Shown: piece after piece, positions 40,461 to 49,033 of the stretch | How the letters are laid out: every line of letters starts with the position of its first letter | How positions within the stretch are numbered: the first letter of the stretch is position 1 | Position numbers and translations under genes: made by a program | The notes under the pieces: generated by a model | Database searches by the model: none | What the model was told of the DNA's origin: nothing | Seen by the model: the letters and a program-made list of their open reading frames with translations, nothing else | IMG/VR virus record: IMGVR_UViG_3300025519_000001 | Coordinates: 90,760 to 154,759 of that record | DNA from: a virus | DNA: 64,000 nt | Direction: 5' to 3' (one strand)

Positions 40461-42296
40461 TTAACAAATGTATAAATAATCTAAAACGTTTACTTCTTCT
40501 TCTGCTTTTTGTAAATTTTCTTGTTCAAGAATTCTTGCTACGTAATTAGCATAACCTAAACTAGAATATCTGTCTTTTCTAGATCTACCTCTCTCTGTAA
40601 GTTTAATAAACCCATTTCTAACTTCTGAATCAAGATTAATTAATTCATTAACTAAGGCCGTTGTTTGTACATAAGGTCTTAGCAACATAGCATGTTCATA
40701 TGGAGTTTTATTCATTAGTTCATGTTTTTCAATTAAATATTCTTTCCCTTCAGCATCATTTACTAATAGTCTAATCAATCTTTTTTCAAAAGCCGTCTTA
40801 AGCCATACAGCAATTTCATGGTTTACTTCTGCCTTGACAACTTTCATAGAATATACAACTGGAAGAGCATTAGGGTCTGTCACACGATCTTTCATATCAT
40901 CATTATTAATAGCTGTCCAAGGCAGATATTCCACATCTCTTTCCTTGTCATATAAGATCCGAGAACAATAATCATAAATTGACATACCACTACCGTTGGT
41001 ATCCATCACAACATAATCTGCTTCAAAATCTGTATAAAGTTGTTTTAAACGAATGGCTTGATCTTCTGAATGAATTCCATGCATACTCTCTATATAAGGT
41101 ACTTGTCTTATATAATTAGTTCCATCTGGCAATAATCTCATACACGTAAAGATTGTGTTGTCGTTATCATTACCACTCATTAACGCAACGTCCATTGATA
41201 CAAGCCTTATTTCGCCTGCTTGCTTTTCAAGACCTATTATATTTTTCTTTCCTCTTAATTTTGGTTTATCTTTATTTTCTAAGAATGACACGCTGTCCAT
41301 AGGATAAAATGGTTTTACTATAGTTCGACATTTTTCAATATCATTTAATTTAAAAAATGCCTTTTCGGATTCTCCATAAGGTAGAGTATCCATTTCCATC
41401 TGCCAACCAATTGCATCTAAATCCCCTTCTGTTCGCATTTGCTCCACGCGACTTTCAGACAGCAATCCATGATGTATAGCAAGTTGATAGGGAAAGGCAC
41501 AAGTGAAATAATTTCTACCTTGCAACATTGAAGTTAAAAATGACTGAAATTTAGTATAACTCCAATGAGAAGAAAACCACGCTGAACTCAAATACACTTC
41601 TTGCGGCTCTTCAAATTTTGCAAATTCCTTTTGTCTATCTTTATATTGCGGCAAATTTAAAAATTTAGGTTTTCTAATGTAATTCAAGAATGGCCTTAAA
41701 ACACGAGTAATAACCTCTTCTTTTACAAGACGAAACTCGTCCACGACTAGAATTCCAGCACGTAAACCCCTTGAATTATCATTACTAGCTGCCGCATGAA
41801 TTGTACTTCCATTATGAAGTATACATACAGTTTCATCTGCGCCCGTTTTTACTTGTTTTATTTCTCTTGCTATATTTGGATATTTTAAACGTAACTCTTT
41901 ATCAATCTTTACTGTTATTACTGATTTGGCTTGGCCTTTTGTCCCAGAAGCGATTACTATTGGTAGGCCAGGTTTTAAACTAGCCATTGCCAAACAGTAA
42001 AGTGCAACAATAAAACTTTTGCCCAATCCACGGCTTGCCCACCAAAGAAAGAAAGAATTCTTACTCATCATATATAAAATTATTTTTTGGAACGTATGTA
42101 ATCTAACTCCAAAATAATCTTCAATATAACGATGAATATTGCTTCGATAAAAAGAAGCCCACAACTTAATTCCATTTCTTAAGCGCTCGTCCTTGGATAA
42201 ATTCTTTACCATATTATTTACTTGTTTCTTTTTCTCATAGATATTTAATTCATTACTTTTGTTTCTTTTAACTTGAAAATTTGAATAACCAGCCAT
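40461..42296 (-). CDS. terL: Terminase large subunit
   Basis: Walker A SRGLGKS, RGLRA.ILVVDEFR, nuclease SMDVA, VMDTNG.G, RKDRYSS. Confidence 0.93.
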   Translation of the reverse strand: MAGYSNFQVKRNKSNELNIYEKKKQVNNMVKNLSKDERLRNGIKLWASFYRSNIHRYIEDYFGVRLHTFQKIILYMMSKNSFFLWWASRGLGKSFIVALYCLAMASLKPGLPIVIASGTKGQAKSVITVKIDKELRLKYPNIAREIKQVKTGADETVCILHNGSTIHAAASNDNSRGLRAGILVVDEFRLVKEEVITRVLRPFLNYIRKPKFLNLPQYKDRQKEFAKFEEPQEVYLSSAWFSSHWSYTKFQSFLTSMLQGRNYFTCAFPYQLAIHHGLLSESRVEQMRTEGDLDAIGWQMEMDTLPYGESEKAFFKLNDIEKCRTIVKPFYPMDSVSFLENKDKPKLRGKKNIIGLEKQAGEIRLVSMDVALMSGNDNDNTIFTCMRLLPDGTNYIRQVPYIESMHGIHSEDQAIRLKQLYTDFEADYVVMDTNGSGMSIYDYCSRILYDKERDVEYLPWTAINNDDMKDRVTDPNALPVVYSMKVVKAEVNHEIAVWLKTAFEKRLIRLLVNDAEGKEYLIEKHELMNKTPYEHAMLLRPYVQTTALVNELINLDSEVRNGFIKLTERGRSRKDRYSSLGYANYVARILEQENLQKAEEEVNVLDYLYIC

Positions 42297-42302
42297 ACTA
42301 AA

Positions 42303-43181
42303 TCAATCTTCCTTTGTGACTGTTTGCATCTTTTCATCATATTCCTCCATTGTCTCGTTTGTTAGTCCGAGGAATCGACGCATATGATGCAAAAACCATT
42401 TATCAATGTACTTTCCAATACCATCTACGTCTTTAAATTCATCTCTTGGTTCAGGTATTGGCTCGGTTTCCTCAACCATTTTTATAAATTCACCAAAAGA
42501 AGAAATACCATTTGCTTCTGCACCCGTCTCTTGTACAGGCTTAATATTTGCATCATTCATAAGTCTACTTAAGGTATCCATAAGTTCTTTATATTTTTTA
42601 TGGTCAGAATTAGCGATAGCATCATTTGCTTGAATTTGAGTTATCGCAATATTTCTGTATAGGTTTCTTTGAATTGGAGTACCATGTTCATATGTAGATA
42701 TTAATTCCTGATAAAAATTTTCTAATTTACGTATCTTTGATGGTTCAAAGCCTTCCCATCTAGATAGCACCTCTTGAGAAAATTCTTGAACAGAATCAAT
42801 TTCATCCAAAAAACTAATTATTGATTTATTATTTTCAAATATACTATCTTTATAAGTTAATCCTTTATATTGAGGAAGTGATGATACTTGAGTAACATAT
42901 TTTGACCAAATGCCATCCGTACTTTCCCAAAGCGTTGGTATAAACGGACGATCAAGTAGAGAAAGCATCATATAAACACGATTTATAAATGTAGCGTCTT
43001 TTTCTCCTATGTAATTTGTAATACATTCTTTACACACAGGAAACTTATCACAATTTGAGAATAAAGGATGCGTATTATTGTAAAAATTTGCATGTGTCGA
43101 TGCTTTCTCTTTCCCACAATTTAAGCATTCTATTTTTTTAATAGTCTCATTGCTAATAATTTTACTTTTTTTACCTGCCAT
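42303..43181 (-). CDS. Probable terminase small subunit with Zn-finger
   Basis: CLNC...CKEC, LDRPF...W, FG..I...E..EPIPE; directly upstream of TerL. Confidence 0.6.
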   Translation of the reverse strand: MAGKKSKIISNETIKKIECLNCGKEKASTHANFYNNTHPLFSNCDKFPVCKECITNYIGEKDATFINRVYMMLSLLDRPFIPTLWESTDGIWSKYVTQVSSLPQYKGLTYKDSIFENNKSIISFLDEIDSVQEFSQEVLSRWEGFEPSKIRKLENFYQELISTYEHGTPIQRNLYRNIAITQIQANDAIANSDHKKYKELMDTLSRLMNDANIKPVQETGAEANGISSFGEFIKMVEETEPIPEPRDEFKDVDGIGKYIDKWFLHHMRRFLGLTNETMEEYDEKMQTVTKED

Positions 43182-43201
43182 TTAATTTTTCTCCACCTCA
43201 T

Positions 43202-43281
43202 TTTCTCCCTAAATATAGATGGGGGATGGCCGGGAGAAAGCCAACTTACGAAATCTGCTTAAGCAGACTTTCCCCCATCTA
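43202..43281 (-). ncRNA. Three-way-junction + pseudoknot RNA element, copy 2 (5' of terminase genes)
   Basis: P1 TAGATGGGGGA/TCCCCCATCTA, P2 AAGTCTGCT/AGCAGATTT, junction CGTAAG, P3 TGGC/GCCA; loop TTTCTCCC complementary to GGGAGAAA just 3' of P1. Confidence 0.6.
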
Positions 43282-43393
43282 AAAACAAAAACAAACAAAA
43301 AAGAGTACAAAGAGGATTTGTACTCAATTTTCTATGTTCTTATTTATTTTATCCCTATTGGGAATAGGGTAGGGAGGGTATGAAATTATTATT

Positions 43394-43972
43394 TTATTTG
43401 ATTATCTCGTCAACAAATCCCATTTCTAGTGCTTCTTCTGCACCAAAAAACCAATCCAATTGTTTTTTCTTTACTGAATCTAATTTTTTCTGATCTACTT
43501 TTGTTTTGCTTGTTATAATATTGTCGTACATTTTTTGAATACGTTTTCCTTCTGCTGTAGCGCGTTCAATTTCACTATTTCGACCCGAAGCTCCATGCAT
43601 CACTTCATGATACATAAAATTTGTATATGGATATGCAATTCTTTTATGAGCACTAACAAAAATTGCGAGAGCCATTGACATTGCATATCCTGAACAAATT
43701 GCGTGAACTGGCGTTTTGCTTGTGATTATTTCATTTACGGCAGCAAAACCGTCATACGCTGAACCTCCGGGACTATTAATAATTAATTTTATCGGCTTTC
43801 TTTGTTCAATCGGAAAATCTTGATCTTCTTCATTAAAATGTCGGATCATTACGCATACAAGCTCAATTACCGTAGATTCAATATCTTGATTTAAAATAAT
43901 TTTGCGCTCTTTTAAATTTTCAATATAGATTTTGTCTAATAAATCGCTTGGTTGTTCAACTTCCAAGATCAT
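43394..43972 (-). CDS. clpP: ClpP-family protease subunit
   Basis: IINSPGGS, GYAMSMA (Ser), FMYHE (His), DWFFGAEEALEMGFVD. Confidence 0.9.
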   Translation of the reverse strand: MILEVEQPSDLLDKIYIENLKERKIILNQDIESTVIELVCVMIRHFNEEDQDFPIEQRKPIKLIINSPGGSAYDGFAAVNEIITSKTPVHAICSGYAMSMALAIFVSAHKRIAYPYTNFMYHEVMHGASGRNSEIERATAEGKRIQKMYDNIITSKTKVDQKKLDSVKKKQLDWFFGAEEALEMGFVDEIIK

Positions 43973-44047
43973 ATCTCTTACACCCCCAGTATTTTATGCA
44001 TATTGGCATTGGCTGACTGGAGGCCAGCATACCGAGAGTAGCTGCTC

Positions 44048-44293
44048 TCATTTATTCCATTTATCACAAATTACATCTTCTTCTTGAAACATAGAAGCAA
44101 TTGTCCTGTCTAAAACATCCAGACGCCCCATATCAAATGCTACATCATATAATCTACTTAAGGCTTGTATGAAATCTTCAGTATCCAATCTTCCAGTTAG
44201 ATCATAAATAGCTTTTAATTGATCTACACCAAATATTACTATCTCAAACTTCTGTTGTTTTAGATAGTTTTCATATTTTTCTGCTCCTGTCAT
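44048..44293 (-). CDS. Hypothetical protein
   Basis: 81-aa ORF in operon. Confidence 0.5.
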   Translation of the reverse strand: MTGAEKYENYLKQQKFEIVIFGVDQLKAIYDLTGRLDTEDFIQALSRLYDVAFDMGRLDVLDRTIASMFQEEDVICDKWNK

Positions 44294-44299
44294 AAGTAA

Positions 44300-45493
44300 T
44301 CACTCATCAAATGTAATATCGATTGTATATTCTATATTACCTTTTTCATTAAAAATGTGCATTTTTTGCATTGGCTCCGCATAAAAGCGATTAGCCATTG
44401 CATATGAATCAGAACCAATCAAGGAACCATTTGTAATAACCTTTGTACGCCCATATTCCTTGACTGTATCATGATGAATGTGTCCTGCGAAAATATAACG
44501 GGGAACAATACCTAAAATTTGTGGTAAATTTTTTGCCACATTAGATACATTATCTAAATCTCCATGAACATAAACATGTGCAGGATCAAATGTTTTATCA
44601 ACGAAATATCCATCAACATCTCGATAGATTTCAATGTTTTTAAAATCTTTTAAGCGACTTTCAAGATACCACGGAATAAGATTTTCGAGATTTTCAGTAA
44701 ATATTGACTCCGTTTTATTTGGGATTAACCGAGCATGATTTCCTATAATATTAATAAAACGAACGAATCTAAAATGTTTGGACAATTCCGCTAATGATTC
44801 TGCAAAAACCTCAGAGACAACTTGAATTTGTTTAATAATATTTTCGTTAGCTTCAACACGAGTAGATACATGTATTAAACCAGACACAAAATCTCCAAGT
44901 GCGCCAACAGTTAGAGTGTCTACATTATGATTTAATCCATATTCAATTATTTTGCTAACAAGTATTTCAACTCTTTCACGAAAAACTTCTGGATTATATG
45001 TATTGAGAGAATTAGAAAAATCCATTCCGTAATGCCAGTCTGACCATAAAACATTAGCTCTAACTCTTGAAGGTTGAATATTTTTATACTTAAATACCAA
45101 TGGCTTTTGTTTTGAAACTTCTAATATTGCTTTATTAATTTCTTCTTTGAGATGTTCAAAACGAGCTTGTTTACGAACGAGATTATTAAATTCTCGTTTC
45201 TGATCTTGAAATTTTACTTTTTCTTTTTGAAGATTCAAGGAAGCATCTTCAATCTCTTTTATGTATTCGTCACTTTTAATTAATTTTTCAGTTAAGAATT
45301 CCTTCCAGCGAAGATAAGACGCATAATCCTTACGCCATTTTGCTTCGCTATATTCTTCTCCACATTCTTCATTCAAGAGTTCGGCGACTTGAGTCCAAGT
45401 GAGTTCATAAAGCTCCAAATTATCTCCAAGTCTTATCAAATATGAATTTAAATCTTCTGTTGGTTTTCGCTTAACTTCAGGAGTGATTTTCAT
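44300..45493 (-). CDS. Calcineurin-like metallophosphoesterase (YonJ-like)
   Basis: SDWHYG, LGDFV.G, GNH, HGD, GHIHH, NGSLIG. Confidence 0.85.
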   Translation of the reverse strand: MKITPEVKRKPTEDLNSYLIRLGDNLELYELTWTQVAELLNEECGEEYSEAKWRKDYASYLRWKEFLTEKLIKSDEYIKEIEDASLNLQKEKVKFQDQKREFNNLVRKQARFEHLKEEINKAILEVSKQKPLVFKYKNIQPSRVRANVLWSDWHYGMDFSNSLNTYNPEVFRERVEILVSKIIEYGLNHNVDTLTVGALGDFVSGLIHVSTRVEANENIIKQIQVVSEVFAESLAELSKHFRFVRFINIIGNHARLIPNKTESIFTENLENLIPWYLESRLKDFKNIEIYRDVDGYFVDKTFDPAHVYVHGDLDNVSNVAKNLPQILGIVPRYIFAGHIHHDTVKEYGRTKVITNGSLIGSDSYAMANRFYAEPMQKMHIFNEKGNIEYTIDITFDE

Positions 45494-45497
45494 CTAA

Positions 45498-45680
45498 TCA
45501 CCCCTTCGGTTCCACAGGAAATTCTTCCTTAATTGAAATGGCTACACACTTTCCATCAAATCTCCGAAGTTCAGAAAGAAGGTCGTAAACAAAAACGCCT
45601 TCTTTCGTTTCTTCTGTTATTTCCATGGTATCAACTTCAAGATTTCCTTTAAATAAAACAGAATTGTTTCGTTTTGCCAT
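45498..45680 (-). CDS. YonK-family small protein
   Basis: MAKRNNSV.FKG.L....ITE.TKE...YDL...L..FDGK.V.ISIKEE. Confidence 0.65.
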   Translation of the reverse strand: MAKRNNSVLFKGNLEVDTMEITEETKEGVFVYDLLSELRRFDGKCVAISIKEEFPVEPKG

Positions 45681-45702
45681 TATCAATCTCCCTTTTTTAT
45701 TT

Positions 45703-47022
45703 TTATAGTATATCAGCACATAATTGAGCCAAGGTTGAACGCTCACCGCGAGATAAAGTGATATGACCAGAAATACTATAATTTTTTAATTTTTCAATTA
45801 CATAAGTCAATCCATTTGAATACATGTCCAGATATGGGCTATCAATCTGATAAGGATCACCACAAAGCACTAACTTGCTACCTTCGCCAATTCTGGTGGC
45901 TATTGTTTTAACTTCATGCTGACTTAAATTTTGTGCTTCATCAATAATAATAAATTGTTTTGGAATCGAACGTCCGCGAATATAAGTGAGCGCTTCTATA
46001 TGTATAATATTTTCATAACCCTGAAGTGTTTTATCTAAATCATCATCAGAATTACAGTCAAATAGAAATTCCAGATTATCATATATAGGTTGCATCCAAG
46101 GACGCAATTTTTCTTCTTTTTCTCCCGGCAAATATCCAATGTCTTTACCCATTGGCACAATAGGTCTAGCAACAAGAACCTTATTATATTTTTGCAAATC
46201 TAATTTTTGATGAAGACCAGCAGCTAAAGAAATGAGTGTCTTTCCAGTTCCCGCTTTTCCCGAAAGAGTTACAATAGGAACTGAATCATCTAAAAGTAAA
46301 TCTAAAGCCATTAATTGTTGAACGTTTTTATGTCTTAATCCAAAAACATCACTTTTCCCGGTATAATTATATAAGGGGACAATTTTATTTTTAACTTTTC
46401 TTCCAATAGCAGTTTTATTTTCATTTAAATCAGATTTCAAAATGAAATAATGATTATCAGGAAAATTTTCAAGTTTAGAATTAACTTTAATAAATTTTTC
46501 TTTATAGAAAAAATCAATTAATTCATCCTCAACATAAATCTCAGAATAACCTTTATATAACTCGTCTTCTGAATCAACAATTTTGTCAAACTGATAATCC
46601 TCTGATTTTACAGAAACAATATCAGCTTTAACTCGAACTAATACATCTCTACTAACAAGAATTGTATTAGGGTTATCTTTTGACAAATCTTTGGCAACCG
46701 AGATTATTGCATTATCATTTTTATTATCGTAGAAAATATCAAAAATATCTGAATCCTGCTTATGTATAATAACCTGCAAAAAACCACCATTTTGTAATAA
46801 AACTCCATCATGAAGACTGGACTTTTGACGAAGTTCATCCAACATTCTAGAAATATAACGTGCATTCCTGCCAATCTCATCCATTAATTTTTTCTTTGCA
46901 TCAAGTTCTTCAAGAACTACGCTAGGAAGCACAATATTATTATCTCCGAATGAATAAATAGCATTTGGATCAGATAAAAGAACATTTGTATCTAAAACAT
47001 ATATCGTCTTATTTTTATTCAT
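45703..47022 (-). CDS. phoH: PIN-PhoH (PhoH2/YlaK-like) protein
   Basis: YVLDTNVLL PIN domain; GKAGTGKT, IGYLPG..EEKL.PW, RGRS, IIDEAQN. Confidence 0.92.
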   Translation of the reverse strand: MNKNKTIYVLDTNVLLSDPNAIYSFGDNNIVLPSVVLEELDAKKKLMDEIGRNARYISRMLDELRQKSSLHDGVLLQNGGFLQVIIHKQDSDIFDIFYDNKNDNAIISVAKDLSKDNPNTILVSRDVLVRVKADIVSVKSEDYQFDKIVDSEDELYKGYSEIYVEDELIDFFYKEKFIKVNSKLENFPDNHYFILKSDLNENKTAIGRKVKNKIVPLYNYTGKSDVFGLRHKNVQQLMALDLLLDDSVPIVTLSGKAGTGKTLISLAAGLHQKLDLQKYNKVLVARPIVPMGKDIGYLPGEKEEKLRPWMQPIYDNLEFLFDCNSDDDLDKTLQGYENIIHIEALTYIRGRSIPKQFIIIDEAQNLSQHEVKTIATRIGEGSKLVLCGDPYQIDSPYLDMYSNGLTYVIEKLKNYSISGHITLSRGERSTLAQLCADIL

Positions 47023-47051
47023 TCAGTTACCTCATTATTTAGGTGGTATAG

Positions 47052-47083
47052 ATGAAAGGGGGACGATAAGTCGTCCCCTTCAT
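47052..47083. terminator. Terminator after HU gene
   Basis: AGGGGGACG-ataagt-CGTCCCCTT hairpin. Confidence 0.55.
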
Positions 47084-47089
47084 AAATAA

Positions 47090-47365
47090 TCAACCTTTAA
47101 CGGATTCCTTTAGGGCCTTAGCTGCTTTAAAAATCGGCTTCTTAGAAGCTTCAACTTTGACTTCTTCGCCAGTCTTTGGATTCCTAGCCGTACGCTCCTT
47201 TGTTTGCTTCACGCCAAAACGACCAAAACCGGACACATTAACTTCTTCGCCAGAAGCAAGAACTTCACCAATTGTTTCAAAAACAGCAGATACTACTGCT
47301 TCAGAATCCTTCTTTTGAATACCTAGTTTTTCAGCAACTACCTTAGAAAGTTCAACTTTATTCAT
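47090..47365 (-). CDS. hup: HU DNA-binding protein
   Basis: MNK.EL, GFG.F, R.ARNP.TGE, P.FKA.K.LK..V. Confidence 0.97.
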   Translation of the reverse strand: MNKVELSKVVAEKLGIQKKDSEAVVSAVFETIGEVLASGEEVNVSGFGRFGVKQTKERTARNPKTGEEVKVEASKKPIFKAAKALKESVKG

Positions 47366-47566
47366 TTTATCAATCTCCCTTTTATTTTTTATTTAAGCGG
47401 CATAGCCGCCTAAGATATTTTTTTGTATGTATATCCATACTGTAAGTATAGAAGTTTAAAAACTCTTAATAAAATAAACAATTACAATGCTTTTTCATAT
47501 ATTATAAATTGACCAAAAACCCTTAACATTTATGGGTATTCGGATTTTATAGTTGAAATCGACAAA

Positions 47567-48109
47567 TCAATTTCCAACGGGAGGTTCATCTTCTTTTCCT
47601 GTCATTACCTTCAAAAGTTGCACATACCATAGATTGTTTATGTCCTCGGATGTTATTTCTTTGAAGTCCTCGGGGCTTTCAATTTCTCCCCACCAGCTTT
47701 CACAACCGTAGATAATCTTTTTCAACTCTGGAACGAATATAGCTGGATTACAGAGCGGACTTATATGCAGTTTTTGGTCATCATGATGAAAAGAAATAAA
47801 CGCACCTATTGGCAGATCGCCAAGCAGTATGCCTAAATAGGTTTTGTTGCTGTATTCTTCCCCACAAGGGCTGATCTTTACCAACGTGCCGCAGTCATAC
47901 ATATTTCGCATTCCATCTTTAGTAAAGTTGTTTTGTATACCTTGAATGGTCAAAGGATACTCAATGTACCTCGACTTAAAATGCTCACAATCTTCATCTT
48001 CTGGTTTGTGAAATTGCTCCATGTCCAATCTACATTTAGCCTCCAATTTTTTGTAATATCTATTTTTACATTTATTGCATTTATCCATTGATGACACTCC
48101 TTTAGCCAA
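47567..48109 (-). CDS. Hypothetical Cys-containing protein
   Basis: 180 aa, TYLGILLGDLP, NPAIFVPELKKIIYGCESWW. Confidence 0.6.
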   Translation of the reverse strand: MAKGVSSMDKCNKCKNRYYKKLEAKCRLDMEQFHKPEDEDCEHFKSRYIEYPLTIQGIQNNFTKDGMRNMYDCGTLVKISPCGEEYSNKTYLGILLGDLPIGAFISFHHDDQKLHISPLCNPAIFVPELKKIIYGCESWWGEIESPEDFKEITSEDINNLWYVQLLKVMTGKEDEPPVGN

Positions 48110-48151
48110 TCCATTTTTTGTAATAATGGATGTTGATATTTTGGTTTCAAC

Positions 48152-49033
48152 TCAATAATCCGAATAGCCACATTTATTTTCTCTTTTTCTTCTCATACTC
48201 TCTCTAGCATACTCTCTATTTTTTTCTTTTTGTTTTTTAATACTACAGTCTTTGCACATACGATGATTTCTTCCAACTACCTTAAACAACTTCCCGCAAA
48301 CATCACATGACTTCAATTTATCATTTTTCTTAAAGCCCAAGCAGTTTCTCTTATAATCTCTTAAATATCCACTCAGGCTTTTACAAAAATATCGAACCGT
48401 AAAATGATCATCATCCCAACCATCAATTGATACATTCAATTCCCATCCATGTTTTTTTTCGTATTGTTCAATGGGAATATAATTATCAAATGTTTTTCTT
48501 AAAAACCCGTTAATTAATTTTTTATACTCTGACCATGACAAATCAAGTTTTCTATTAATACTTTTTTGTTTAATGATTTCGGATTGCTTTAAAGATGTTT
48601 CAATTTTGTTTTTAATTTCTTCAAAATTGATCTCGATTCCATTTTTTAATCCACTAATTGTTTCATAATATTTTTTCTTAGGAACTTTCAATAGTTCATA
48701 ATACTTTTTATCATAATATGATTCTTTGTCAAAATATATCGCATACAAATTATTAATTGTAATTCTTATTGTATCAATTGGAGGGATTAACTTATAGTAA
48801 AAAGAACTTCGCACAAAATCACATTCAATATTCTGATACTTCTTAAATAGCTCAATCAAATCTTCTCTATAATTTAATGCTTTTTCATTTATTTTGAAAT
48901 TATATTTTTTCTTGTATTTAGTTAGCCGATATTTGCTTTTCCACAGTTGATCTGTAAACTGCTTAAATAACTCATCCTTTACTTGCTCATCATCAGTCAT
49001 CTGATATTCTTCAATTAATTGGTCAAGATGCAT
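48152..49033 (-). CDS. RNAP-coupled protein with sigma-region-2-like segments and C-terminal Zn ribbon
   Basis: Overlaps RNAP stop; LIEEYQ..DD, FD...FTVRYFCKSLSGYLRDY, CDVC..CKDC. Confidence 0.5.
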   Translation of the reverse strand: MHLDQLIEEYQMTDDEQVKDELFKQFTDQLWKSKYRLTKYKKKYNFKINEKALNYREDLIELFKKYQNIECDFVRSSFYYKLIPPIDTIRITINNLYAIYFDKESYYDKKYYELLKVPKKKYYETISGLKNGIEINFEEIKNKIETSLKQSEIIKQKSINRKLDLSWSEYKKLINGFLRKTFDNYIPIEQYEKKHGWELNVSIDGWDDDHFTVRYFCKSLSGYLRDYKRNCLGFKKNDKLKSCDVCGKLFKVVGRNHRMCKDCSIKKQKEKNREYARESMRRKRENKCGYSDY

